Below are positions 10,444-27,475 of a stretch of 64,000 nucleotides of DNA, one piece after another. The notes beneath the pieces are model-generated. The model saw only the letters and a program-made list of their open reading frames with translations, was not told the DNA's origin and made no database searches. A program made the position numbers and the translations under genes. How positions within the stretch are numbered: position 1 is the first letter of the stretch; each line of letters starts with the position of its first letter. The DNA is from the human T2T-CHM13v2.0 reference genome, Homo sapiens, in assembly GCF_009914755.1 (NCBI RefSeq), contig NC_060943.1. The stretch is one strand, 5' to 3'.

Positions 10444-12238
10444 CTAGAGGACAGAAGAGGGGAAACGCTGTGAGCCCAGGGGTAGGAGGAAGAAGAGGAC
10501 AGGAGGCCCTGAGCCGCCTTCCAGCCACATCGCATCCACAGCTGGAGGCAGGAGGCCAAGTGATCAGGACACACACCTCAGGCACTGCCGTGGGCACCCC
10601 AGGGCCACACGCTGCCTGCAGAGCAGGGTGGGCCTGCAGGGGGAGGGGGAGGGTGGGGGTGGCCTGCCCACCTGTGTGTGTCCCGACTGCCACTCACATA
10701 CCCACTGGGGACCCTGCCACAGTAGGCCCCATCTGGGCCACGGTGGAGTCCAGAGCCTCAGCCTGAGAACACATGGCTCAGAAGACACTGCTTCCAGAAG
10801 CGCCTACACAAACATCCCCACAGATAGCAATGTGGGGATCTGCCCCCATCCTTGAGTATGTGGGGTCTACTTAAAAAAAAAAATCCTGCCAGCTTGGCTG
10901 GGAGAGGCAGCAGGAGCTGACAGTTACGAGAAGAGGTGCAGGCAGCCGGGCAGGGAGGCCGCCATTCTCCTGTGCTCTGGTGCCCGTGTCTGCAGGATGG
11001 GACAGCCCAGCCCTTGCCCCATGTGGACACTGAGTTTCACAAGGCAGTCAACACAGGCCTGGCACACCTTGGTCCTCACGGCTCTCAGCTACGGTGAAAG
11101 CGATGACAATGACAGGCACTTACAGCGTCTTTCCTCGTGTGGTGGGAAGGCAGAAGCAAGCACTGAATTCCCAAACCACTCCCTCTGACAGCGCCTGGGA
11201 TGCGAAAAACAGCCCTGAAATGTCCCATGGAACATGGCGGGAACCACTGAACCCCAGCACCGCTGTCTGAGCACAGGCGTTGCTTTCTTCACCCCACGTA
11301 TCCCATGTGTGCCTGGCGCCAAGGGATGCCGCACAGAGTGAGGATGGACAGTGTGAGGCCCTTCCCAGCACACAGCGCTTCATGAAGAGCCGAGTGGCTG
11401 CCAGGCCCTGCCACAAATGGAGGCTCCCAGAGGGAGGCCGCCTGAGGTCACAAGCTTGGCCCTGCCCTCTGGGGGCCAAGTGTCACAGGGTGTGCCATCT
11501 CTGAAGTCATCGGCAAATTTAACATCCCGGGTCTGATCACTTGTGTGAAGACGTGCACACACGGCCTGGGCAGGAGAGTGAGGTGTTGCGTGCCGTGGGC
11601 CATGGCCTGTGCCCCTGGTGCTCCCCAGGTCTGATTGGTGCTTGCCTGCCCCGAGCTGTCACAAGACGTGGCCAAGGGATGCCATGAGGGTCCGTGTGGT
11701 GCCACACTGCGTTGGCTGTGTGGGGCTGGGGGGTGTCCAGCAGGGCAGTCAGGAGTTTAGGACCCAGCCTGGGAGGAAGTGACCCAAGAGCAGGAAGTGC
11801 GGGGGCAGGAGAAGCTTGAGCCTGGGGCTCTGCCCACGCCAGGCACCTGGTGTACCCTCTAGCCCATGCCTGGAGGTCACAGCCCAAGGCACCATGAGTG
11901 CAAATGCCCCCAACCCCAAGTTCTGCAAAAGGTAGCCTGCCCGGAGTACACGGCTGGTCTTGTGTCCTGGCAACCTGCCCAAAAAGACACCAGCCCCTTT
12001 GCCAAGGAATTCCTGGCCCTCCTCCAAGGCTTGGCTCTGGAAGCCCCCACACCACGGGACTGTCCTCACCCACGCATCGGGACCCTTTCTGTCCACCTGC
12101 CTTCATGTGCGGGGTGTGCCGGGCATTCAGTGAGCACAGGCCCCATGCCTCTGACCCCTGTCCCTTTCCTGCCTGTGGGTTGGTGGCTCTCAACTCAGCC
12201 ACACAGCACCTTGGAAGCTTCTTAAAAATCCCCTCGTT

Positions 12239-12546
<308 letters not shown>

Positions 12547-15500
12547 TCACCTCGTCACACCCACCGCGGGAGGGCTGACTCTGGCACAGGTGAGAAGCAG
12601 GAACTGTCCCTTGCGGGGCAGGAGAGTGGGGCTGCCCTCCATTTCTGCTGAAGGCATTAGGAGGAAGGAGCCCCCCCTCCCTAGGTGTTTTTGGGGCGTT
12701 CCACTCTATTTCCTGGGACAGTTTCACTTCTTTTGATTGTGGCGAGAGAGGGCGTGCTCAGAGCCAGCGGCTGCCGGAGAGGGAAATGAGTGGCTGATGT
12801 GAGACTGGACTCTTCTGGGAAGCCGGGAGGAGAACTGAAGCCAGCGGGCTGCGAAACCACACCTTCTGGGCGGAGGCCACCCCGGCCCCACGACCTGCCC
12901 AGGCAGGACCCAGTGTGCAGGCTGGCAGGAGTGGCTCCGTCAGGGCCCTTCCCCAGCCCCCTGCCTCACACAGGGCAGGAGGAGAGGCCCTACCGGCGAG
13001 GACCACATCCTGCCTCTGAGGGGAGGGGCTGGGGACCCGCCACGGTACCAAAGACCCACCTGGTGGCCTCTGGCTCTGGCCCTGGCCCCACCTGCCCATC
13101 TCACCTGGGAATCCAGGACCCTGCCTTCCTGAGCCCCAGGACGACTTCCTGAACCCCCACAACCGCCTGACTCCTCGCACCCCTGACACCCGGGAGGCTG
13201 TGCCCTAACTACCCGGGTCCCTCTGCTCAGCTCCAGCCAAGTCCCTTGTGGTGACTGATGGTCCCCCACGGGCCAGGCACTGGGCAGGGGACACAACCCT
13301 GTAAGGCCCCTTCTCTCCAAGGCTTATGGGCTAGAAACCAGCACAGATGGACACAGGGATGAGCAGCCACAAGGGAAACACGGGAAAAGCAAGGCGGCCG
13401 GGCCACGTGCAGCGCCGGCCGCAAGCGCGGAAACCAAGCGTGGGCTCCTGCCCGCCGGGGCCCTACTCACTGCGGTCTCCACACCAGCACTGCTGAGCAC
13501 GGAGGGGACCGAGAGTCTGCGGCAGAGCTGGGCGCCACGGGGAGGCTCACCAGAGGGCGCCTCTGGGCTCGCTGTCAGGAGCGAGTGTTCCTAACCCTGG
13601 TGCCATCTGCCAGGCAAGAGCTGCCTGTTGTGGGGCAGCCAGCCCCAATGCCCCCGCATCAGAGACCCTACCGGTGGGGAGGGAGGACTGAGGCCATGGT
13701 CCCAGCAGTCCATTCCTGCCGAGGGAGACTCTGCAGGCTGGCTGTAGCCCTGACTAGTGCAGCGGACTCAGCAGTGGCAATGACAGCTCCGCACTCGAGT
13801 CCATCCCATACCCACAAGGCTCGCCTCCTGTTCCCACCCCGCATGGCAGGAAACGGAGGAAAATAATGGGGCCACTCAGTAGCCAGGGACCCAACAGGGC
13901 TCAGGGGTGAGACCACCCTCCGCTGACTGAACCTACATCAGGGTGGCAGGGTGGGTGGGGGCCCCCTCCCCACTCTCCCACAGGGCCCCACCTGGACGGG
14001 GTCAGAGTACCAGCTGCAAACCCCGAGTGACCAACCGCAGGCCCCACAAGGGCTGCCATCCTGAGAGCAACACCAGCGCCTTCTCTCCCCATGCCTGGAA
14101 CAAACAGGCCGAGCCCAAGAGGGAACAGTCTCCAAGACTCTGCCCCTGCTTCAGATGCCGGCTGGCCTCCCACAGAGGCTGTGACATGTCCCCGCCTGGA
14201 GCAGGGAGAAGTGAGGTTTGGCCAACCCTGCCAGGCGAGGACCAGGGCTGAGAAGTCACTATGGGAGAGGCCCCGGCTCAGTCAGGCCTGGCAGTGGCCT
14301 CTGGGAAGGATCCCACTGTTGCCTGCCGGACACTTCCCCAGGGTTTGGCAAGACTGGCTTGTGGTCTTTCAGATCTTTGCCCAGAGATGCCCAGCGGAGA
14401 CCTGCCCACTCTATGCTCACGCATCCCACCTGCACCCGCCACCTGCATGCCGCATGGATTTTCTGCCTGACCCTGTACTCTGTCACCTGTGAGCCAGGCA
14501 CCTGGGAAACGAGCAAGCTGGACACGAAGATGGGGTTTTGCCCCAGAGCATGGGACTCTTGTCCCCCTGGGAGAAGGGGGCTATTCCTTTGAAGCCTGGC
14601 ATTCATTAGAGTTTAGACCTTTGGCTCTCTTTGGAGGGGAGCAAGGGATGTGACACACAGAACAGAGAATACAAGGTGGAAAAATACAGAAATGAACTGT
14701 GAAGACACTGTGGACTGAGAGTCAGGACAGGGCTACCGTAGGCAGGAGAATCCCAGGTTTTACCCAGAGGGGTGTGGGCAGCTGCCCTGTGCCCGGCAGG
14801 CACAGCTGTGGTGGCCACTTGGCAGGAGCAGGAGGAAAATTCCGAATCCTGCCGAGTGGAGCTGGCTGCTGCCGATGGGCAGCCTTGGGATTTAAACATC
14901 TCAGCGGGGAAACCTGATCCACACAGCACGGAACACAAATGCCCGTCTCGGGCTTGGTGCCCCAGCAGACTATCTGCTCTGATGAATTCACAGGGTTTTG
15001 TTTTTTTTTCTCTTTTAAAGAAGAAAGCCAGCGTGGGGGAGGGCAAGGGAGGGCTGCTGTGGCCCAGCCTGCAGGGATGCGCCACATTTGCCCGCAGAGG
15101 GGTCGGCCCCAGGGTCCTCAGGTCTCACTGGCAGTCATGCTGTGGTGCTTGGTAATTTCCAGGTTCACAGCAGAGTTCACGGGTCCTCCCTCGGCTGGGG
15201 AGCGGGTCTCTGGCTGGTGTCTGCCTGCCCGTCGGCATCGGTGGTGCTGTGGTGCTGCACGCTGTGCTACAGAGCCATCTCCGCGTCCCTCCCTGCAGTC
15301 CTCCTCAGCGGAATCTGTGAGCGCACAGACCACAGGGGCCTCGCCCAGTGCCAGGCACAGAGCGGAGAAATGGCAGGTGGGCACGGCTGGTCAACCGCAG
15401 CGAATACCTGTGACAAGGCCTCATCTTTTTTTTTCTTTTTAAAGAGGCAGGGGTCTCACTATGTTGCCCAGGCTGGTCTCAAACTCGGCCTCAAGCAATC

Positions 15501-18500
15501 CTACCTCAGCCTTCCAAGTGCCAAAACTACAGGCATGACACAGTGTGCCTGGCCAAGGCCATACATTTACAGGACTAGGGGACAACAGCCCCAGGACAAA
15601 GCATGGGTTGGGGAGCTGGGGACCATAGGAGGGGGTCCAGGCCCAGCCACCTGCAGGACCAGGGACAGGGCAGGCAGGACACACGGAACAAGGGCCACTA
15701 TTCACAGTCCCATGTGCCAGCCCCCATGCTAGGCACTCTGTGCCCGGCCCCCAACGTCACAGAGGAGGAAGCTGAAGGGGACGTGGAGGAGGCGAGTGCT
15801 CAGCCCCTCCTCACAGTGGGCGCAGTTCTAACACTGCAGCTGTGTTCAAGGCCTGGTCAGCCATGGAAAGGGGCAAAGCCAGGGTAAGGCCTGCAGAAGC
15901 AGCAGAGTCCTTATCAGACCTCTGTGCAAAACAGCTGGAATACAGGGTCGGGGTGGAGGCCCCAGGGAGGGACGTAAGGATCCCTGTGGTGTAGAAAAAG
16001 CCCTGACGTGGGAAGAGGGCAGGGGCAAAGGATGTAGGGATGTATCATATCCGTGTGTCTCTGAACCCCTTTCCATCTGCAACGCCCTTCCCTGCTGGCC
16101 CAACACCTGGGAGCCACTGCCCAACACACATGGCCACCTCGAGTCCATCACAGCTTCTTTCCCATGAGTCAAAAAGTCGAAGACGCGCACAGCCTGGAGG
16201 CGGCCTGCTGCCCAGCGACACAGGAAGCCACTGGCCTTCGTGTCCCCTTTTCCATGTGGGCTCCCAGGCTCCTGGCTTGCTGATGTGTCTGTCTGTCCTT
16301 CCTGGAAACCTTCAGTGGCCCCAGTGGCATGGGGACTCTCCAGACCTGAGGCCCTTGCGTGCTGACTATGAAAGCTCGCCTATCTACAGGGGCGGCGCTG
16401 GCTGCAGGCAGCTCTGAGCTTTCCTGTGACAGTAAGTGCCTGGCATGGGTGGGGTTGTGGCCCCTGGGCTCCTGGTCTGGGAGCCTGCAGGGCATCCGCA
16501 GGTGAAAAGCAGGAGTAGTCATTCCTGCACATGCTCAGGGATGAGGCCAGGAGGGGGAGGGAGAGGAGCAGTGGGAGGGGGGCCACAGGAGCACCACAGG
16601 TGCCAAGTGACCCTCACAGGTGCCAGGTGATCCTCATGGCCCGGCGGCGAGGAATCAGACGGCAGAAACCCACTCCCCAGCCCAAGGGAAGATGGAGGGA
16701 GCCTCTGCCTTGGGGCTGACTGGGTCATCACCCACTGTGTGTGATGCACGGAGGGAAGGGTCCCGACAGCCGGGGCTCCCCTCAGCATCTGGGAGTTCTG
16801 AGAGCCCTGGATTTGCCACTGTCCTTCGAGCCTCCAGCCTCTCAGTAGAGATCTCCCCTCCTGTCCATCAAGGCTGAATGGTTTTTAAAAAGCAGCCTTT
16901 GGGAACGGAGGCACTGAAAACAATGAATCAAGACAAAGTTTCTGAAATTATTTTCTCACGGAAACCCCAAACCAGACGCTGCCACCATGGCCAGATTGGG
17001 CACCCGGGGACAGCCACAGACCCACCTCTGTGGCGGGTCAGGCGCTCCTCTGGGAACCAAGCTCTGGCAGCAAAAGGACAGTGGCTCTGGAAGCCCCAGG
17101 CGTCCTCTCAGCCAAAGGGGCAGTCCCTTGGGCCTGGGCTGGCAACCGAGATACCGGCTCTGGACTGGAACCAGAATGGGCTCTGCCTCAGACCAGGCCA
17201 CAGAGGGCCCCCTGAGAGCCCGGCTTCCCCACGGCCCCCAGGCTGTGGGGACAGGCCTGCCACAGACTTCCTGGCCAGAGGTGTGGCTGGGTGCCATGGT
17301 AGGGAAAGACAGCCAGACATTGGGGGCCATGGTGCGGCCCGGCCACCGCAGTCTAAATCGCCTTGGGGGTGCGTTTCTGCCAACTGTGGTGCTGGCCATT
17401 CATGCCGTCTCTCAGGCTGTCGGGCCCTGCCCTGCCTGACTCCTGGCTCTTGGAGCTGGAGAAAGGACTCTCAGATTGGCAGAGAGCGATAAATGCTTTG
17501 TTGTGTGCGCGGCAGCGAGCCGATGTCATTTGAAGTCACAGCACATGAAAATGAGGGGGAGAAAAAAACTTAGGCAAGAGAAATCCTCCAGATGGGCCCT
17601 GGAGGCCCCATCCAAGAGTCTGAGGCCAACACATCAGGGGAACTGGAAGCAGAGAGGGAATCAGCCACTGGAAAGAAGTCACGCAGACGAAGTGGTGACA
17701 GCCACGACAGGAAATTGCTCAGCGGTGGCCACAACAGAGTGGCAGCCAGGGGCCAGGGGCCAGCTCTGTGACCATCCCCGAGAGAGAAAGGGGACATTCA
17801 GGCCTGGTCTATGATGGTCTGGTGGCCGGAGGCTCCGTGAGGGCAGCCCCAGGGCCAGAAGGACCTCTCCTGTGCTGACAGCAAAGTCACCAGCGGGAGT
17901 CCAGCCCACACTGCCTTTCTGATGAGGCCTCCAGCTCTGGCTGCTGACTTTAAACCCTAAGGAACCCTGTGCAGGGCCTGCATCCCGGAAGGCCTCCACC
18001 AGCCCGAACCTGGCCCGTCCGCCCTAGATGGGGCAATCGGCGTTTCTCCCGGGACAGCCTCCTCCCTGGCCTCCTGGCCCTCGTCTGCATTGAGAGGCTT
18101 GGCCTCTGGTCCGCATGCTGCCCTTCCCGTGCTGTGGCCTTGCAGCCCGGCCTCTCCCCTGCTGTCCCCCTTGGCTCTGGCCTGGCCCCTGGGCCCCTGA
18201 GTCACCCCTGAGGTGACTCAGCAGTCCTTGGAAACGCATGCCGAGGACGCACCCTGCCTGGCCCAGCTCCACATGGGTGTGGGGGAGGCTGCGGGCTGCG
18301 CCTGGTGGCCGTATGGGGCCTAGGCTGGCCAGTGCTGCCCAATGGTGGGGGCTCCCTCACCGCCCGTCTGGCAGAAGCCATGGGCCACACGCTGTCCCAG
18401 CACATGGTGGCAGGGCGGTGACCTGGGCTCGGCTCTAATGACCGGCAGCCCTGGGGCTCCCATCACCACTACCAGTCTGCCCAGGAGGCAGCAGAGCACT

Positions 18501-19677
18501 GAGCCCGACCTGCTCCCCTCGGGCACCTACGAGACCCACCTGCCCCTCCATGCGTGGGGGAGAAGGGGTGCCCTCTGCTGTGGAAAGCTGGGACCTACTG
18601 TCTGTGGTGCGAGGCTGACCCCACAGAGCTCCAGGACAACCCCGAGAGGAGTGGACAGAGCCAGCCGGGCCCTCCAGCCCCCACCTGGCCCAGCTGCCGC
18701 CTCTGGGCAGATGTCTCCACTTGATAAACAGGACAGCTAAGGGCCTAGGAGAGACATGCCTGGCCCAAGGCCAGACAGCAGGAGTGGCTAGGAAGGTCAA
18801 GGGATCCCCACTGCAGGCCCCACCAACCCTGGCTCTGCCTGGAATGCAGTCAGGGCAGGTGGAAGGGGAGGGGCAACGCCCCAGGGCTGGGCGAGGAATC
18901 TGGGAGCAGGTGGGAAGCTCATGCTACCTTCCCAGGAGACGGGAGGACAGGCCTGCCAACCAGGGGGCTCAGCTATGTGGGACACACGCTCCCACCCTTG
19001 CCCTTGCACAGGGTTTCATCCAAACATGGAGATGCCAGTGAGTGCCTGGGGCTCCTCTCCCAGGAACAAACCACACCCAGAGCTCCAGCCCGAGCGAACA
19101 CATCTACATGAAAATCAGCCTCATGCATCATGCATTGTAATTTCTCATCTTGGGGACCAGGCAGGAGGGCTGTGTGACATACAACTGGTAAAATCAGTTT
19201 CCGATGAAAACTTATAAAAGGAAAAAGCCAACCCACAAACAAATGAGGCGATAAATCCCCTGAGGCTCCGCCTGGCAGGGAAACACCAGCTCTGCAGCAC
19301 TGAGCACAGGCTGGTGTTCCCACTGGGGGCAGCATGGAGGATCTGCGTCCAGGGGGCAGAGTGTGATGACATCACCCACATGCACAGGAACGATAAGGCT
19401 TTCTTAAAAAACGATCTTTTCTCAACAGCTCCTCAAAAGGAGCTGAGGCAATGCATAGCCCTGCAGGAAGAGACTGGAAATGGTCTTGGAGAGAGAACTG
19501 CGGGGCATGGTGACAGCGGTGAGAGGCTGCAGGTGCACAGATCTCAACGAGGGGCCGTGAGTTCCCTCACTCCCTGAGAGCTGAGGAGACTTGCCCGAAA
19601 GCCCAGAGCCCTTCCTGAGACACAGAAACCATCTTCACCATCTCTAAGATCCCTTCCATTTCTGAAGGACTTCCATT

Positions 19678-19936
19678 TCTTTGTGACTGTGGGCCACCAT
19701 GGGCATGAGTCACCTGTCACCAGAGCCTGGTGTCCCTGTGCAGCTGTGCCAGGTGGGCAGAGGAGACAGGTGAAGGCACATTCCTCAGCGCCCGCTCACA
19801 GCTCTGCCCACCGTGCATTCTGTAGAGAACCTCAGCGCCCTCCTCCCTGCCGGCAGCCAGGCAGGGATTTAGGTGGTTTCTGTTTGGCCTCCAGTGCTTG
19901 CCTCTCCCGTGTCCTATCCGCCCAGACCTCAGACCT
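19678..19936 (+). repeat. Long inverted repeat, left arm (259 bp)
   Basis: Reverse complement of 20682-20940 with 12 substitutions and no indels (hand alignment). Confidence 0.95.
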
Positions 19937-20681
19937 CAGAGAAGCCTCCTCCCACAGGAAGCTCTCCTGATTGATCCCCATCACTGGTCTCCTCACCTTC
20001 TCCCAACACACCACTGATGCCTCCTCTCTCGTGCGCCTGCCCCTTCACACTTCATCTTACACCCCCATCTGCCTGGGCGGCCCCCCCATCTCCCCTCAGA
20101 GCTTTTGCTCTCGCTGTTCCTTCTCCCTCACTGAGCCTCCCTGGATCTTCCCATGCTGGGTCTTAGCCACCAGGGCTCTGTCCATCCAAATGTCCCCATG
20201 GCTGCAAGGCTGCCCCACCCTCCTGCTATCCTCACGGGGCCTCGCATTCCTCTTGCTTGCTTGTTTTCGGGTCCCCTGCTGTCCCGTCTCAGACACAGGA
20301 AGCACTCTCCAATGCTTAGCGCCCTAGAATAAAGGACCCCGGGCAACCTCTTGGGGGTCCTCGCCACATCCCACCCCTTGACAGCAGCTAAGCTCCGGGG
20401 GCAGCAACTCCCCGCAGTGACCCGGAAGGCAGCCAGATGATACTCCTCCCATCACCTTCCCTTTTGTGGCTCGTGGACGGTTCACCTGGGCTGACACTGA
20501 TGGAGGCCGCCAGGCCCATTCCCAGCCTGGAGCTGGCTCCCTCCCCAGAGAGCTGCAAGGTTGGGAAAATTTGCAAAGAACAAAACGTGAGCTAGGCAGG
20601 CCTAGCCTGACTCACATCCTGGGGACCCAGCTACCACATTTGGGCAGTTTCTTATCCAGGAGGATGCCCGGGAACAGTGAC

Positions 20682-20940
20682 AGGTCTGAGGTCTGGGCGG
20701 ATAGGACACGGGAGAGGCAAGCACTGGAGGCCAAACAGAAACCGCCTAAATCCCTGCCTGGCTGCCAGCAGGGAGGAGGGCACTGAGGTTCTCTACAGAA
20801 TGCGTGGTGGGCAGAGCTGTGAGCGGGCACTGAGGAATGTGCCTTCACCTGTCTCCTCTGCCTATCTGGCACACTTACACAGGGACACCAGGCTCTGGTG
20901 ACAGGTGACTCATGCCCATGGTGGCCCACAGTCACGAAGA
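20682..20940 (-). repeat. Long inverted repeat, right arm (259 bp)
   Basis: Partner of 19678-19936. ORF-track twins 19683..19970(+) and 20612..20935(-) share near-identical peptide. Confidence 0.95.
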
Positions 20941-21868
20941 CAGGTTTTCTGAGGTGTGGCTACCAAAAGCACCCAGGCCAGAAGTCATCCCGGGTGGCAC
21001 GGGGCAGGGCAGGGGGTGGTGAGAGGCGGTCAGCAGCTCTGCACAGCCAGCCGCGCCTGTGCACTGGGGCCCTCTGCGAGCATTAGGTGCCAGCAGCTGT
21101 CACCTTGCAGTGGCCACTCCTGCCCCCTCGCCAGGTCACGTGCACTGGCTCTGGCGCATGGGTGCCCCTGGCCGCTCAGAGGCACTGCCTGCTCCTTACA
21201 CAGTGATGTCGGTGGTGGAAACCCGGGCTGGGAATCTCAGAATTGCTGACCACGGCCTCAGCACAGAGGAAGCAGGCAAATGGCCCGAGTCCCCCCACCA
21301 TCTCCCCTGCAGCGAGAAGACTGCAGCCTCTCCTGTCTGAAGACTCGCGTTTGGGTCCCGGGCCTGGGAGATTCTGGCGGGTGCAGCCTGCTTCCCAGGG
21401 CCCCTTCTGCCCCGCTGTGGATCATCGTCCTTGGAGGGACACCACTCGGGACAGGCTCTCGTCGCCAACCCACCCCAAGTTCTCTGTCCTCAAACACAAG
21501 CTTCCTGCCAGCAGGGCCAGGCACAGGGACAGGGGTGGCAGAGGCAGCACAGGGCCTGGCACCCAGGTGGCGTCAGTCACTGAGTATATGGTGAGATAAT
21601 AAATACTAGTTGTTGAGATAACAAATAAATAAGAAGCAGCCCTGCCCTCGGGAGCTCAGGTGTGCCAGTAACACATCAGAGCAAAGGTGTGCCGTAACGC
21701 CACGAGGCAAGCAGGCTGACGTGGGATTAGGGTGCCTGGATGGGCGACACCGGGACTGGATGTGGTTCCAGCTCTGCCGTTCGGGGCTGTGACTCTGAGC
21801 AGGAACGCAAACCCCTCTGAGCCTCGGTTTTCTCAACCATCTCAGGCGTGGATGTGCTTTAGAAACTA

Positions 21869-22919
<1,051 letters not shown>

Positions 22920-24477
22920 TCAACTTAAAAAGAAGGTTGGTAGAAAATTCCCCACATCCCTGACACACACCTGCTGCTGTCTCACACCCCAGGCAGCTGC
23001 CACAGCCGCTGCGCCCTCTCTCCTGTTTCCCAATCAACCTGCATTCCTGTCTTCCTACCAGCTGGGAACTTGGCACAGCTGCCCATCCTGAACGCAACTC
23101 CTTCCCTGGGGATGTCCCGCCCTCCCTGCACCTCTGCACACCCACGCTCTTCCTGCCTTCGAGAACGTGCCTCTGTGCATGGGCGAGCCTGTGGCCGTGA
23201 CTGTGACCCCTCACTGCCAGGATGGCTGCTGCTGCGACGTCAACACAAAGCACACCGCTCTGCCTTGTGCTTACTTGTATTTTGGGGGGAAAGCAGCCCT
23301 GCCCCCCAAGGCTTGCTTCTCTGTTGTCATCGCCCCAAAGGACAAGGGACTGGTGCTGCCACTTCCTGAGCTACGAGCAGTAAGAATATTCAAATCTCTC
23401 CCACCCTGCCATCATGGTCTGGTAGCCAGGCTCCTCCCAGGGTGGCTTCCACTTCCCTGGAAGGACTGGCCCCACGGATGCTGCATGGGCTCAGGTTGGA
23501 GGGGAAGGACACGGCAGGGCAGACCCATGCTGCTGGGGCCCCAGTGCTGGGGGCCTCCCTCCAACACCTGCCTAAGGGATGCCCAGGGCAGGGCTCTCTC
23601 CCTGCACCGGAAACTCTCCCTCCTTTCCTTGCTTCTTCCTACATCCAAATTCTGCCCATTCTTCAAAGCCACGGTCTGGAGCCATCACTGAGGTCCAAGT
23701 CAGGCTGAATGAGTATTTACCTGTGCCAGGTACAGTGGAAAAGGAAAGACACGTAACCCAGGCTCGCACACACACAAGAACCTAAGGCCCTATGACAGAC
23801 AGGACGCCAGCGGGGAGGGGCCGCTTCCTCCTTGCGGGGAGGGAGCCAGGGTGAGGCAGGAAGGAGGTGGCCGTGGCCGTGGGCTTTTAAGGATGGGTGG
23901 GATCTGGGAGCACGCAGGAGAGAGGGCATGACATGAGCCTGCAGCAGTGAGGCTGGCTTGGAAACATGCCCAGGACAAGGTTTGGAAGTGCCCGTTTGGA
24001 AGATGTGGGAGGGCGTCACGGGTGGGTATCTGGCTCCAGCTCTTGGACTGGAAAAAACGTGCGTCAAACTCATGAATTGTCAACTGTCTTCAGGACAGTC
24101 GGCGGTTTTGAACATGATCTGCTCTGGTGTTTCTGGGGTGTGTGGTCCCCTCAGGCTTAGACGGGCAATAGCATGTTCTGTGTAAACCTGAATGAGGGGA
24201 CGGTTTTCAAAATCCAAGTTAAGTAACGGGGACTGAATTTTCTATCAGTCCACTAGCTTTTAAGTCACCAAGGTGGGATTCCAGAGGCCAGGGAACAACT
24301 TCTGCGAAGTTGAAGATTAGTTCCACAGAGTGTCACAGCCAAGGAAGGCTGGATGGAACCCCAGCTCTTAGCAGGGCACCTCAAGCCAACATGGCAAAGT
24401 GAACCGGTCCTATTTCCTTGTTGATTTCAGGGATGAGAGCTAACAGAGGAAAAAACAACTCTGTTTCCCCACCGGCC

Positions 24478-25112
24478 TCCTCTCCCTCTCTCTGTTCCCC
24501 CAGCCTCTCTGTCCCCCTGCCTCTCTCTGTCCCCTCTCTCTGTCCCCTTTGCCTCTGTCCCCCTGCCTCTCTCTATCCCCCTGCCTCTCTGTTCCCCTGC
24601 CTCTGTCTCCCCTGACTCTCTCTGTCCCCCTGCCTCTCTCTCCCATCTCTCTCTGTCCCCTCTGCCTCTGTCTCCCATCTCTCTCTGTCCCCTCTGCCTC
24701 TCTGTCCCCCTACCTCTGTCTCCCGTCTCCCTCTGTCCCCTCTGCCTCTCTCTGTCCCCCTATGTCTCCCGTCTCTCTGTCCCCTCTGCCTCTCTCTGTC
24801 CCCTCTGCCTGTCTCCCATCTGTCCCCTCTGCCTCTCTCTGTCCCCCTACCTCTGTCTCCCCTCTCTCTGTCCCCTCTGCCTCTCTGTCCCCCTACCTCT
24901 GTCTCCCATCTCTCTGTCCCCTCTGCCTCTCTCCGTTCTCCTGCCTCTGTCTCCCCCGCCTCTCTGTCCCCCTGCTTCTCTGTCTCCCGTCTCTGTCCCC
25001 CTGCCTCTCTCTGTTCCCCCTGCCTCTCTCTGTCTACCCTGCCTCTGTCTCCCCTGTCCCTCTCCACCCCCTCTGCCTCTCTTCATTTCCCCCGCCTCTC
25101 TGTCACCCCCCA
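24478..25112. repeat. Degenerate pyrimidine-rich tandem array (CTCTGTCCCC / CTGCCTCT units)
   Basis: About 630 bp, almost free of A, built from reiterated ctctgtcccc(ct)ctgcct units. Confidence 0.9.
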
Positions 25113-25117
25113 CACGC

Positions 25118-26175
<1,058 letters not shown>

Positions 26176-26184
26176 GAGCTCATC

Positions 26185-27475
<1,291 letters not shown>

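Noticed and set aside
16595-16634. 20-bp tandem duplication (similar short duplications near 35300 and 62770)
   Set aside because: Two-copy slippage products are common and show no functional signature.
19683-20935. Twin ORFs starting MTVGHHGHESPVTRAW on opposite strands
   Set aside because: A by-product of the inverted repeat, with GTG starts and no domain or splice support.
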